Source: Leucoraja erinacea
Lineage: Eukaryota
NCBI RefSeq assembly: GCF_028641065.1
Contig: NC_073410.1
Span: 11,658,056-11,720,000, forward strand
Direction of reading: 5' to 3'
DNA: 61,945 nt
Positions 25,701-40,700 of the stretch are shown here, piece after piece (the first letter of the stretch is position 1; each line of letters begins with the position of its first letter). The translations under genes and the position numbers were made by a program. The notes beneath the pieces are model-generated. The model searched no databases, was not told the origin of the DNA, and saw only the letters and a list, made by a program, of their open reading frames with translations.

Positions 25701-28700
25701 TCCTGATGTAGCTATGGCTGTTTCTCATATATTTCATGTATTATCTTACTTCCCATATGATATAGATGGAGGCCATTCAGCCCGTTGATTCTAAGCCAGC
25801 TGTCAGTGCAATCCACTCCTTCTGTTCCACTCCTTCATTTAATTCCCTTTAGCCCATTCTCTCTCAAATGTACCTTGATTCCCCATCATTGCACAAGTCC
25901 ACGACCATTTAGGGCAAACACATGTATCTCCATCTTTTACAAATGTTACCAACCATTGCATTCCACCACACACAATACATCCCAACACCAAGTACACATC
26001 ATTCACATACACGTCGCTTCCACAACTCACAAGTCTACCATTGTCCAAACACACAGGTATAGTGATAACACACAAATCTACCATCTTCCAACAATACACA
26101 AGTTGCCCACACTCATCCACCAACAAACAGGTTATAGAGACAACACACAGGTTGCCTACCACAATCCATCAACACACGTTATGGCAGAAACACACACATT
26201 ATCTGTTTCATCCATCAACACATATTGCACACCCAACAGCTGTTTGATTTTGGGTGGAAACTGGAGAACCCGGGGAAAACCTAGATCACAGGGAGATGTA
26301 GCTGGATCTGGATGGACCCATGTTGTTAGAGATGTTCAACAGTGTACAATTGCTTGCTCACACTACCAGAACACAGGGCGATCCTGAAGATGGAAACATC
26401 ATGTTGGGAATGTTGCACGTTCTTTTCAACCACTGCACATACACTCACCCTGTTATTGAGGGGTTCACTGTTCGATCTCAAATCAACTTTCTTTGCAGTC
26501 TACCCTGCAAGATCAACAACTTTATTTAGACAGAGCCTTCAATGTTGGCTGGTTCACAGGAGTGTTATCAGAACCAGCATCGACAGTGGCCTGACTGAGG
26601 AAATGTTAGTTCAGGTGATAGACACAAAATGCTGGAGTAACTCAGCGGGTCAGGCAGCATCTCTGTAGAAAATAAATAGGTGATGTTTCAGGTCGTAAAA
26701 CTTCTTCAGACTGAGTCAGGGGAGAGGGAAACTAGAGGTATGAAAAGGTTCAGAACAAATAGAGCCGGCACTGATGAGCATGGGAAGGTGGAGCCCACAT
26801 TTGGTGTTTCAGTTGGCTTTAAGAAGCTCAATAACTCCATGTAGTGGCAATTTCCATCTTGTCCCTACTCTGCAGGTGAGGAGAGGGCTTTTGGGCCTGG
26901 AAAGGTGCCCAGATCTAGACTGCTGGGGAAGTGATCCTCCAACAATTGATCCTCATGTTTGAACCTGCTCACACCATCAGAAATGTAATCTGTGTATCGT
27001 ACCTTTAATCCAATGAACTTTGGAGGACCATCAGCAAACCTTAACTAAACCACACAGGAGTGATGGGGTCATGCAACCTGGAAACAGGCCTTTCAGCCCA
27101 AATTATCCATGCTGACCAAGATGCCCCATCTTCACTAGTCCCACCTGGTCATGTAAGGCCTATATCCCTCTAAACCTTTCCGATCCGAAGATGGTGAAAT
27201 CCAAGAATAGGATAGTTTTAAGGAGCATCTGTATAGAGTGATAGAACAGGCACTTTGGCCCAACCAACATTTATGCCAACCATCAACACTAGTCCCATTT
27301 ACTCGCATTAGAGTGAAGAATCATGACGAACAAGGGGATTTGGAGAGGAGATTCCACACATTAGGGCCCAGCCAGATGTTACCATAGTTACCAAATGGTG
27401 GAGGGATGAAGGATGGGATAGGCCAAGAGACTGCACACAATTATGTATGGGAGCACAGGTCTTAGTGTGGGTAAGGAGACCGAATTGCTGCACTCTCAAC
27501 ATTTGGAATCGGGTCAATGAATGAATCAAACATCATGTAGGTTCTCGCAAAGACATAGTGTCGAGTGGAAGGGAAAGGAAATGGCAGGTCACCTGCATAC
27601 AAGGTGCCTTAATACACAGGTACCTTCAACAATGGAAATCCCCAAGTTGTCTTGGATCTGTGCCGCGGGCATGGCGGGTGCGATTGGATCAGGGTGTATT
27701 CATTGTCATTGTCACACGCTGATTCCTTTCTTTAGCCCATAATACGAGAATATGAGATGTACGTAAACTTGAAGAAAAATAAGAAGGGGAGTCTGGGTTT
27801 CACCATGGTGCGCAGTAAACTGGACAACTGCTACTACATCCGCAGTGTGCTGGACAACCCCGCCAAGGCCGACGGCAGACTAAGAGCGGGAGACAGGCTC
27901 ATTACGGTAAGGGTAGATATGTACCCATTCTGCATCCGAGTTATTAGTGTATAAGTCTCGACTGTGACCTGTTGGTGATAAATAAAGTGGGTGGGGGGAG
28001 GGTCATACAACTTACAGCCTGGGGCAGCACATTAATGGGGCTGATAGAGCTGCTGCCTCACAATGCCACTGGCCCAGGTTTGATCCTTACCTCGGACGCT
28101 GTTCTATGTGGAGTCTGCACGTTCCCCCTGTGACCACGTGGGTTTCCTGCGGGTGCTCCGGTTTCCTCACACATCACAAAGCGGCGCAGGTTTGTAGGTT
28201 AATTGGCCTCCGTAAAATTGCCCCAAGTTTGAGAGAAAGTTAGATATCAGTGTGAGGGAGTGACTGATGGTCGGTGTGGACTTGGTGGGCAAAAAGGCCC
28301 TGTTTCCATGCTATATCTTTAAACCAAACTAACTGTATGACACAAACTAAGTTTTTCACACAGAGAGTGGTGAATCTCTGGAACTCTCTGCCACAGAGGG
28401 TAGTTGAGGCCAGTTCATTGGCTATATTTAAGGGAGTTAGATGTGGCCCTTGTGGCTAAAGGGATCAGGAGGTATGGAGAAAAGGCAGGTACGGGATACT
28501 GAGTTGGATGATCAGCCATGATCATATTGAATGGCGGTGCAGGCTCGAAGGGCCGAATGGTCTACTCCTGCACCTATGTATCTATCTATGAGGGGGTATG
28601 GTAGGTTGGGCAGAGTACAATGTATGAAAGGGTGCGGTTTGAATCCATCACTGTGAAAGATAAGGAGGGATTTGGATCGGGTACAGTGTGTGGGAGGGTG

Positions 28701-31700
28701 GTTGGAGGATCATTCAAGGTACAGTGTTTAGTTTAGAGATACAGCGCGGAAACAGGCCCTTCAGCCCACCAAGTCCACGCCGGCCAGCGATCCCCGCGCA
28801 CTAACACTATCATACATACACTCGAGACAATTTTCAATTTGTACCAAAGCCAATTGTGCTCTACAAACCTGCACGTCTTTGGAGTGTGGGAGAAAACTGG
28901 AACCCTGGAGGAGACCCACGTGGTCACAGGGAGAACGTGCAAACTCCGCACAGACAGCACCCGTGGTCGGGATCGAACCTGGGTCTCTGGCGTTGTGAGG
29001 CAGCAACTCTACCGCCGGGCCATGGGAGTGTGTGGTTTGAAACAGGTACGGGGGGGGGGGGGGGGGGGGGGGGGTGGGGGGTTGGAGCGGGTACAGTGTA
29101 TGGGAGAGAAGGGGGAGGCTCACACAAGGTTCAGTGTATGGGAGGGTGTGGTTTGGACAGTGTACGGTGTGGGGGAGGTTAGAGGGTTCAAGAAGGGGGT
29201 ATGAGAGGGTGGGGAAAGTGGGACAGGGGAAAGTCCGTTGGACAGGGGAATGGAAGTAGTTCCTCTGACCAGATACAGCGAGCAGGAACATTGGCAATCG
29301 GACAGGGCGCTGAGATGTTCTGCGATTTGGGTGAAGTTTTCAAGAGAGAGCTAGAGTTCGATTCAGCTCTTATGGCTAATGGGATCGAGGGATATGGGGT
29401 TCCAGAACCAGGGGCCACAGTTTAAGAATAAGGAGTAAGCCATTTAGAACGGAGACGTGGAAACACTTTTTCTCACAGAGAGTGGTGAGTCTGTGGAATT
29501 CTCTGCTTCAGAGGGCGGTGGAGGCAGGTTCTCTGGATGCTTTCAAGAGAGAGCTAGATAGGGCTCTTAAAAATAGCGGAGTCAGGGGATATGGGGAGAA
29601 GGCAGGAACGGGGTACTGATTGGGGATGATCAGCCATGATCACATTGAATGGCGGTGCTGGCTAGAAGGGCCGAATGGCCTACTCCTGCACCCATTGTCT
29701 ATTGCCTATTGTCTATAAAGCAGGAACGGGGTACTGATTTTAGGTGATCAGCCATGATTATATTGAATGGTGGTGCTGGCTCGAAGGGCCGAATGGCCTC
29801 CTCCTGTACCTATTTTGCTATGTTTCTGTGTCTAACACTGTGTTGCAAGGGAGACAGTGTCAGTCGGTATCTCGTCTCATTGATCAGAGTGCGTTTCGCT
29901 TACCATCCGCGGTTGAGGGAGGTTTATCTGGAAAGGTGGCTGTTAAATAAACACCAATTGATCCGGTGATTGCCAAAATGAATAACTCTCTGACCCACCT
30001 TGCAATCAATCTCTTTTCATCTGCAGACCATCAGGAAACTCGATTGGGGAATCATTACATAAAATCCATAAATCCCGCAGTAATATTTTGTGAAGTGCTG
30101 ATAAGTTTATAGAGGGCTGCAGGGCTAATAACCATTATTGGGATGTTTACCTCTTTAATATAGCCTGCCGCTTTGCAAGAAAGTGTTGTGCAATATTCCC
30201 CAGTCTCATCATTAGTCTGTGATTGGACTCATTTATGCACTAAAGTGCAGTGCAGAAAGTAATAAAAAGGGGATCAATAATCCTTTGGAAGATATTTTGT
30301 TTATTCAACAGTGTCTCAATTCAAGGGCCAACAGTTCCCCTCAGATCTCTTACTCTCCAATGCTGATGGCTTCAAACGTCACAAGCCTGCCACCCATTTC
30401 TGTAACGTTGGAAGCTGATAAACCTGCCCGGCTTCCTAAATGTCACTGGGTTCTGCCACGCCAAAGCTGAGGCATGATCCAGTTTTTGCATTGATTCTCA
30501 CCCTTCTACCCTCAGCTGCTCACAAACACCCACTCGTAAGAATGATTCACCCTGTGATTAGTTTCCAAGCCAGCACTCGCTCGCTCAACACATTCCATCA
30601 TCGAGTGAGGTATAGAAACATGGGAAGGCAGAAATTAGGAGCAAAAAATAGGCCATCCTGCCCCTTGAGATTGAGTTGGCGTTCAGCACAATCTTGGCAA
30701 ATCTTTATTTTTTCCATACTTATTTACATTTTCTCTCCATGTTCCTCGATGAATTTTATACCTGCCTCCTTCTTAAAAACATTCAGCAACTTGGCCTGCA
30801 TAGTCAATTCCGCCTCTTCACCATCTTCTGAGTGACGTAATTTCTCCTCATCTCGGTCTGAAGTGACTTATAAGGACACCAAGTGCTGGAGTTCAGTTTT
30901 AGCTTTGTCAGTTCAGTTTGTGTTTATCGTCACCTGTGCAGTGAAAAGCTCGTGTTGCATGCTAATCAGTCAGCGGAAAGACAATACTTGATTACAATCG
31001 AGCCATCCACTGTGCACAGGTTCAGGATAAGGGAATACTGTTTAGTGCAGGATGAAGCTAGACAAGTCCAATCAATGATAGTCCGAGGGTCACCGATGAT
31101 GTAGGGAGTAGTGCAGGAGTAATACAGGAGTAACTCAGTGGGTCAGGCATCATCTCTGGACAATGTGAATGGGTGATGTTTCGGGTCAGGATCCACTTTA
31201 GTGATATAACATGTTTGGAGACTATAAGCTCTCATTTTAGGCTTACTGTCCGAATTTTGTATATTTCACTAAGATCCATATTCAGTCATTTATACATTAG
31301 TGATTACGGACCTGGTTGATCCAGCCTCCACTTTCCTGCCATCACACGCATCAACGTGCAGCTGTTCTTCCTTAGATATACGGATATACTGTATGTGTGG
31401 GCTTCCCCAATTACCCCCAAATCAATGGACTGAATGGCCTAATTCTGTTCTTTTGTCTTACGGTTATGCATATATTTATACAATGGTATATGGACACACT
31501 GATCTGTTCTGTATTCATGCCTACTATAATCTGTTGTGCAGGAGCAAAGCAAGAATTGCAGCAGGAAATCCTTGTTCTACCACTGAACACCTTCTGCAAT
31601 GTCGGCCAATATATCATTTACCTTTTTGCATGGCTGTTTTTTGCCTGCATGTATGTTTAGTGGGACTGGCGGACAAGGACAGCAAGATCCCCTTTGTACA

Positions 31701-34700
31701 TCAACATTTACCCAACCAACATTTAAATAATGCTCCATCACGGCACCATACAACAGGGAAACAGGCCATTCAACCCAAACACAACCAGGTCGAACAGAGG
31801 CCATCACTTTCAACAATCCCATCTACCAACACTCAGCCCATAGCCTTCTGTGCCTCGTTGATTCAAATACTCTCCAGAAACTTAAGTACTGTTAACATCT
31901 CTACTTCTGCCACTCTCTCAGGCAGCACATTCCAGGCACTCGCCACTCGCTGGGTGAAAAAGAACCCCCTCATATACCCTCTTAATCTCTTAACATCTCC
32001 TTCCCTTTATGAATGAATGAATGAATACGTTTATTGGCCAAGTATATTCACATACAAGGAATTTGCCTTGGTGCTCCGCCCGCAAGTGACAACATGACAT
32101 ACAGTGTCCCATGACATCTATGTCCCAAGGGCGTCACAGGTTATGGAGAGAAAGCAAGAGAATGGGATTGAGAGGAAAAATAGATCAGCCCTGATCGAAT
32201 AACTGAGTAGACTCAATGGACCGAATGGCCTAATTCTGTTCTTTTTGTGTTATGGCTTTATCTACCACTTACATGGGGATAAGTTTTCTACAGGCCACGT
32301 TTTCAATACCCTTCATAATTTATACACCTCGACCAACCTTATTATATCCTCCACTGCTCTCCAGTCCCTACTTGTCACTGAAATGCTCTGTCTCAGTCAA
32401 CAGCTTGTTTGCACTCTCACCATGCATTGACATTCGCCGCTGTTCATTAACTCCTGATAAACTGTATCAAGTGACTAGCGTAGGTTACATGTGAATTGAA
32501 GGTTGGAGTAAGGTGCTATCCTTGGCCACCATTCCCAGGCATATAGAGTGCCATAGTCTCTCAACTATTGACATCAACGTCAATGCGTCCCAATTTGCAG
32601 AAGTGGACGAGCTCAGTGAGTTTCTGTTTCTCCTCCCGAGATGGATAACTTTATAATTGTATTTCTTCTGCCAAGAATCTACCCACTCACTCAACTGAGT
32701 CAAGAGTGTTTAATTGCCAATGTTCAACTGAAACATTCAGTTTCCGTTTCAGTTTAGTTCATTGTCAAGTGTACCAAAGGTACAGTGACAATATTTTGGG
32801 CGTGCTAACCAGCCTTCTTACTCTCAAAATCTTAAGGGCCTGTCCTACTTGGGCGTCATTTGCACGTCACGAAGGTGGCGCACGAGGATTTTGAGAATCC
32901 CAAAAATCCTGGGGCGCCGTGCGCTACCGCACGTGACTGCCTACACCACCACGCCTCGCCACGTGCCATGCGCGTGTAATGCACGCCATTCGTGCGTCGT
33001 GCATCGTGACACGTAAATTATGTTGTGTAAATGACGCGCAAATGACGCCCAAGTGGGACAGGCCGTTTACTTGCAGCAGCAGAACAGGTTTGTGAACACA
33101 GTAACTTATTATCGCGTCCACATCACAAGATTACAAATTGTTTAGCCGCGGCATCTGCTTACAATGGCGTCTTGCGCGTCTTGCGCTTCTTGCACCTGTA
33201 GTGCGTAGTGGTGGAAAGATTGATGGAAACAGGGCCGTGACCTGAACGCTCTTTCCTTGACCACCACACTGTAACTGAATTGCATTGAAGTCATGGCTGC
33301 CAAATTGCTGGGATTTGGGTCGTTGAAGAATATTATCTATGCTGACGTTATAAGGAAAGTACTGAGAAAGTGTTGCCTTCAGAAGGCCTATCTTTTAGAT
33401 GAGATATTAGACAAAAAAGATCAGGGAAGTGGACTCTAAATTACATGGATTATATCAGTTAACGTTTCCATTGTTGTGCAGGTAAATGGCTTTGATGTCA
33501 CAAACATTTCACACGAGAATGCCATTATCCTGCTACGGGTCGCTCCAATCAAGCTCACCCTGATGGTGGGACGTGCTGCCCAGAACCTGCTTCCCGTTCT
33601 GCCTCTGGAAAAAATCCCTGACATCATCTTGGAGAAAGGCCCGAATGGACAATTAGGTACGTGCCGCACTATTTTCCCAGTAGAGTATTGACTGGCACCT
33701 AGAGTCATGTTCCGTCTCATTGTTTCAATCAGCTGCCGGCTATTTCTTTGCACCGGGAACCCTCTGAAATATATGCCGTTGCTTTCTTTCAAAATTAGAT
33801 GGAGACAAAAACTTTGTGGAAAGTTTGGTGAGCTTCTAATTAATTTTAGGTACTAGAAAACACAGCATTGATAAGGTTTCTGTTGGTAGCCACACGTATT
33901 CCTAAGAGAGATCTCTTCATTGGAGTTTCAGGAACAACTTGTGCATTGAGTTTTATAACCGGTGGGTTACTATTTAATTTTTTCAACATAGTAACGGTCA
34001 CCTAGTGTTGAAAGCAAAACTCGGGTGACGTCTTCAACGTATATTTTCACAATCCACTAGAAAACATGGCAACAGAAATCAGATAAAAGAATCACAAATG
34101 TTAACATTCACATCGTGGCTTAATGACTTAACATACAAGAACAGGCAACATCTCTGGAGAGAAGGAATGGGTGATGTTTCGGGTTGAGACCCTTCTTCAG
34201 ACCGTAATGACTTACAGTAGGCTTTATGCCGACAGATTTTACATTGAACAATGTCCAGGTCGGACATTGTATATGCGTGTCATTTCCATAAATATTTTGC
34301 AAGTTTTAAGCTTGTCTCAGAATTGAAAGCAAGGAGCAGCTGGCCCCTACCATACCTTTCAGCAAAGTGGGCATCATTAATTTTGAGGAGTCCACACCGT
34401 TTCCTTTAGTGCTGAACGCATCTAGGGTGGTAAAACACTGAGGAGCGGATAGGAGGTGTGCTGCTTTGTTGATCCCAACCAAAGGTTTCAGACTTTGTTT
34501 CTGCAGACAGAACTTGTCATCAGAAAGTTACCATCAGAAATCTGTGGAATTCATTGGCACAGAATACGGTGGAGGCCAATGCATTGGATATTTGTAACGT
34601 GGAGATTGATAGGTTCTTGATTAGTAAGGGTGTCAAGGGTTATGGAGAGAAGGCAGGAGAATGGAGTTGAGAGGGAAAGAAATTTCAGGCATCATTGAAT

Positions 34701-37700
34701 GGCAGAGTAGACGATGGGCCGAATGGCCTAATTCTGCTCCTATCACTTCTGACCTTATGAATCTATGACACAAAGAATTCCAGATGTTGGAATCACGGGC
34801 AAAACACAAAGTACTGGAGGAACTCTGAGGGCCGGGCAGCATCTGTGGAGGCAATGGGTAGATGCACGTCTGGTCGGGACCCTTCTTCAGATTCAAGTGG
34901 GGACTGAACCTGTCTGAAGAAGGGTCCCGACGTCAAACATGGTCCATCCATTCCTTCCACAGATGCTTCCTGACTCACTGAGTCCCTCTCGCACTATGAG
35001 TTAGAAAGCTAAAGAAAAATGGACATAAAGCCTGCAGACAGACATTTGGGCCAGTCTGAATATCCTCCCCTGACCTTGCTAGGAGTGTTGGCATTGATTT
35101 GCTTTTGAGCTGTGCTTGTGATTGGAAATATGGTTATATATACCCCAATGCCATTATGGGTGTTGAACTGAAATGAAGCAACTAAGAAATAAAGATGATG
35201 TTAGTGGATAATGTTAGGAGATGTCACCTCCTAAACGATAATGGTATCACCCCCACAATGAGTGATCACATTGTATCCTAATTTTATAAAGCAAGTCAAG
35301 TCAAGTCAAGTCAAGTCAAGTCAAGTTTATTCGTCACATACACATGCGAGATGTGCAGTGAAATGAGAAGTGGCAATGCTCGCGGACTTTGTGCAAAAAG
35401 ACAAACAAACAAACAAACAACCAAACAAACTACAAACAGAATGGAACAGAATGTTGCATGGACTTAATATTTGGTCATTGAACTTTATTTAATATGATGG
35501 TGTTTCTAAATAGTGCCAACCTCCATGAAGTTATCTGATGAGATTAGTTTGACAATAGACAATAGACAAAAGGTGCAGGAGTAGGCCATTTGTGGCTGAT
35601 CATCCCCATTCAGTACCCCATTCCTGCCTTCTCCCCATATCCCCTGACTCAGCTATCTTTAAGAGTCCAATCTGGCTCTCTCGTGAAAGTATCCAGAGAA
35701 CTGGCCTCCTGAGGCAGAGAATTCCAGACTCACCACTCTCTGTGAGAAAAAGTTTAGTTTAGTTTAATTTAGAGTTTCAGCAAGTAAACAGGCCCTCCTT
35801 TGACCCATTGAGTCCATGTCAGCCATCGATCACCCATTCACACTAGTTCTACGTTTCCCATTCTCTCATCCACTCCCCACATACTTGTGTTATTTTTTTA
35901 ATAGGTCAATTAACCTAAAACCCCGCACATCTTTGGGACACGGGAGAAACCCGATGTATCCGGAGAAAACCCACGAGGCCATGTAAGCCCCGTGACAGCA
36001 CCGTGGCGCAGCGTTAGAGCTACTGCATTAAAGCGCTGGAGACCCCGAGTTCGATCCTGACTACGGGCGCTTGTCTGTACGGAGTTTGTACGTTATCCCC
36101 GTGACCTGCGTGGGTTTTCTCCGAGATCTTTTTTTTCCGTCCGCGCTATCAGGTTTGTAGGTTAACCGGCTTGGTATAAATGTAAATTGTCCCTAGTGTG
36201 TGTAGGATAGTGTTGATGTTGGCTGGTACGGACTCGGTGGGCCGAAGGGCCTGTTTCCACGCTACATCGCTAAACTAAACTAAACTGGAGAGACAGCGCC
36301 CGAGGTCAGGATCGAACCTGTGTCAATGTGAGGCAGCACCTGCCCAGTTGTGATTTAAAAAAAAATCAATTTTAAACATTCAGGAGTGTCTCCCAGACAT
36401 TCATATGGTACTGGACTGGGGTGTCTAGAAGCATTTCTCTTGTGGCCATTAAAACCATGAACCAGGAATATTTCAGTCCCAATTACTTTACACATTGATG
36501 ATAATAAATATGAACCTTTCATTGCAGACAAGTATTCATTGAATACAAGCAGAAATGAAGTGAAAGGGTAGTTACTCTATTTATCAGTAATTTGCCTACA
36601 GTTCGCGTTTGAATGCTCTGCCCAAAAATAAGTTCCATAAAGAAGCTCTTATGTCACTCCCTGCTTACAAAGCAAGAAATTGATAAGAAGGACACAAAAA
36701 GCTGGAGAGGCAGCATCTCTAGAGAGAAGGAATGGATGACGTTTCGGGTCGAGACCCTTCTTCAGACTGGAATTGATAAATTGGCGACCATCTAAAATAA
36801 TAGTGGTCATAAAGAACATGTCATGAACGTACCGTTTGATTTACTAACACGCTGAAATATTCTTTATTATAACTGTAGTCTGTTTTATAGACGGTGCTGG
36901 AAAGCTGATGGATGTCAATATATTTTTGTCAATGTGAAGCAATGTCAACAATACTCCTCGGTGCGCATGCATTGGAGGAATGCTGATGCGATGGGACCTT
37001 GGCAGATTTATTGACTAGTCGTCCACATAGTTGTCACTAAAAAATGCATTCTTGATGCATCGGGGCCCATCTTAAACTGCAGCAAGAGGTGGGAACAGAA
37101 TGATAATGCCCGATCATTCAATTATATATACAGACCTAGTCAAGTAAAGGTTTGGTGTTATATTGGACCACTGATTGACAGACAAAACACAAAATGGCAA
37201 CATTTAGCGACCTTCTGCAAATGTGAAGGTAGACACACAAAGCTGGAGTAATTCAACGGGACAGGCAGCATCTCTGGAGAGAAGGAATGGGTGACGTTTT
37301 GTGTCAAGACCCTTCGTGATTCATTCTCTCCAGGGATGCTGCCTGTCCCGCTGAGTTACTCCAGCATTTTGTGTCTACCTTTGATTTAAAGCAGCTTCTG
37401 CAGTTCTTTCCTACACATTCTGCAAATGTGACCCAGAGTTGGCCTAAGGTTGTAGTTTGTGATTTCTTCCTAATGCCTCACTCAGTCCAGGACTGAAAGC
37501 TGCCAGCCATTGAAGCTCAAAGACTCGAGGATTTTCCGAAGACGTACAGATTTGTAGGCTGATTGGCTTTGGTAAAATTGTCCCTAGTGTGTAGGATAGT
37601 GCTAGTGTACGGGGTGATCGCTGGTCGTCACGGACTCGGTGGGCTGAAGGGCCTGTTTCTGTGCTGTATCTCCAAGTAAAGTGAAGGGCTTCAGGACTTG

Positions 37701-40700
37701 CTACCAGAGGTCCCATCAACACTCTGCGACTGCTCCACCTCACCTGTTGGGTGAGGGGAGGTCAGCTTGTCCAACTCTCCACCTCTCAAAAATGTGCAAA
37801 GGAACAAGGTCTCTGGGCTCCAGTTGAAGCCTAACTATTGTATAGATTACAGTGAAAGGATCAGGTAAGGAAGAGATGGAGAGACTAGTCTGGACCTTTA
37901 AACCTTTTGAGATCAGATGGTCTCTTCTTATTCCATACACCCATCTAATACATCAGTTCAATTCAATTCAGTTCAGTTTATTGTCACGTGCACCAAGGTG
38001 CAGTGAAATGCTTTTGTTGTGTGCCAACCAGCCAGCAGAAAGACAATACATGATTACAATCGAGCCACTCACACTGTACGGGTACATGATAGACAATAGA
38101 CAATAGGTGCAGGAGTAGGCCATTTGGCCCTTCGAGCCAGCAACGCCATTCAATGTGATCATGGCTGATCATCCCCAATCAGTACCCCATTCCTGCCTTC
38201 TCCGGATATCCCCTATCTTTAAGAGCCCTATCTAGCTCTCTCTTGAAAGTATCCAGAGAACCCACCTCCACTGCCCTCTGAGGCAGAGAATTCCACAGAC
38301 TCACAACTCTCTGTGTGAAAATGTGTTTCCTCATCTCCATTGGAAATGGCTTACCCCTTATTCTTAAATGATGAGGGAATAACGTTTAGTCCAAGGTAAA
38401 GCCAGTAAAGTCCGATCAAAGAGAGTCCAGGACTGCTCTCTGATTCCGCTGGGATGGTTCAGTTGCTTGATAACAGCTGGGAAGAAATTGTTTCACACTT
38501 CAATGCATGCCATACAGACTAGACAATAATGACTGGGAACTGAGGGTCTATAATTTATCTTTCATTCCTCTTAAAATCCAAAGGGCATTAGCTGACTATT
38601 CTTCATAGAGTCATAGATTCATACATCATGGAAACTTGACCGACATGTCCCATCTACACGAGTACCACCTGCTTGCATTTGGCCCATATCCCTCTAAACC
38701 CGTCCTATCCATGTAAATGTTTCTTAAATGTTGCGAAGAGCAGGTATATCACCACTTTTTTTCTTTTTTTTATTCTTTATCTCATATCTTTATTCACTTT
38801 TTGGCCACACTACTTTGGTAGTCTGGGGTTCTTTTCTATGTGATTTTTTGAGCTATCTTTTCACTTCTCACTTTTCCCCTCTCTTTCTCTTTCTTCTTTT
38901 CTCTCAATTTCAGGTTAAAATGTTAAAATTGAAGCTGTACAATAATTGTATAATTTTAGATGCCGAATGCTTTATCCTTGTACAATTGCTTCTAATAAAA
39001 ATAATTAAAATTTTTTTTTTTTTAACTAAAATAAAATGTTGCGATAATACCTGCCTTAACTACCGCCTACGGCAGCACATTCCATACGCCCACCACCCAT
39101 TGTGTAAAACTATCACCACTCAGGTTCCTATTTAATTTCCCCCCCCCCCCCTCATTTTAAACCTATGTCCTCTGGTTCTCGATTCCCCTACTCTGGTCAA
39201 GAAACTCTGCATTTATCCGATCTATCTTCATTTATGATTAGGGTTATTTTGAGCTGCAATAATATCCAATCCTAAAATTCTTTGACTTATCACAGAATTA
39301 TTTGTTACAATTAATTAGGCAAAAGGTTGTAAATGCTCAGAGCTGGTGGAGTTAAACCCTGTCTTCTGTAAGCTTGTCGTTTCTTGCCTTTCAGCATTGC
39401 TGATGAGGAAGAAATGTCCATATGGGGATGGGAATCATTCATCACACAAGGGAAGATGATTTAGTTGGTGGAGCACTGGTTAAAGTGACATGTGGATGAC
39501 TTTCCTGGTCTCAGTTGCCAGAGGAAGCTGATGATCTCATTGTGCACCGGTGAATATGTGACTAATACACTTTGCAGTTGGTCTGATTGCAGTCTGTGCT
39601 TGTTGCCACAGGTTTGAAGTTAACAGGGGGGATAGGCAGTAAATGGCAAGGTATCTATGTGCTGGAGGTTGTGCCGAATTCACCCGCCAGCTTGGAAGGC
39701 AGCCTGCAGCCAAGAGACAAGATCCTCTACATCTGTGATGTCTGTACCATGGGCATGACTCTGGACGATGCAGTGCGAGCTTGTGACACTCCGAATGGCC
39801 AAATAACCATCAAGGCCATGAGGTAAGTCATGGTTTGTGAGAAAGCTTCACAAATTGCATTGCCTCATTGATAGCTGCAATCTCCGGTTATATCAGCCAA
39901 CCTAAACATTGGGGAAATATTCACACTTTAGATGAATTACACATTTTCTTCACCTCCAACATCAAGCCACAGCTAAACTCATTTCAGAGTCGTTCATTAG
40001 CAGTTCCATGGCACCACACTCATGTACGATCAACATACTTACAGTAGACACAACTCAGCGGGAAAGGCAGGCAGCATCTCTGGATAGAAGGAATGGATGA
40101 TGTTTCACATTCAGACCCATCTTCAGACAATTTGTTGAGGTGCATAAGAAATATAAACATTCATGGGGAAAAAAAGGGAAAAATAGGCACCTTGAGTTAT
40201 ATGCAATGGTTATATTCCTGAATAGCGGCATATAATTCAAAAATGCATAAATCAAATGCATGAATTTAAGCGAGAATTTGAGTGCATTATTTTAAAAATA
40301 CAGCACGTAAATTTTGTTTTGGTATTAATTAAACAAGTGCATTATTTAAAATAATGCATAAATCAAACATGCATAAATGCGAGATGTCTGTATCAACATT
40401 CTTGTTTGAGTCCAGACAATTCAATCAGAGAAACAAGAGTAAACCATCTCACACCTTGTGCCTTTCAATGAGACACTGAGTGGTCTGTATCCTGGCCCCA
40501 TGTAGGCACTCAGAGAATACAGAACGTGCCACGCATTGATTCCAAGTGCATTCCAAGACAACAGTGTCAGGTCATAAGGGAGTGGGTCGGGCTGAAAATG
40601 GCCTGGTTGGGTTGCTCCTGGGCCTGGCCAAGCTGGCCATCCGCGGGTCACGGCGCCAAGTGAAAGCGGACTCTGCCCGAGCCGGCTGCCTGCCCCTTTT

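Noticed and set aside
25785-26387. 200-aa His/Thr-rich ORF
   Set aside because: It is a by-product of AC-rich low-complexity sequence.
31300-32016. Longest ORF in the track (238 aa)
   Set aside because: It runs through CR1 tail fragments, has no recognisable domain, and has no fitting splice sites.
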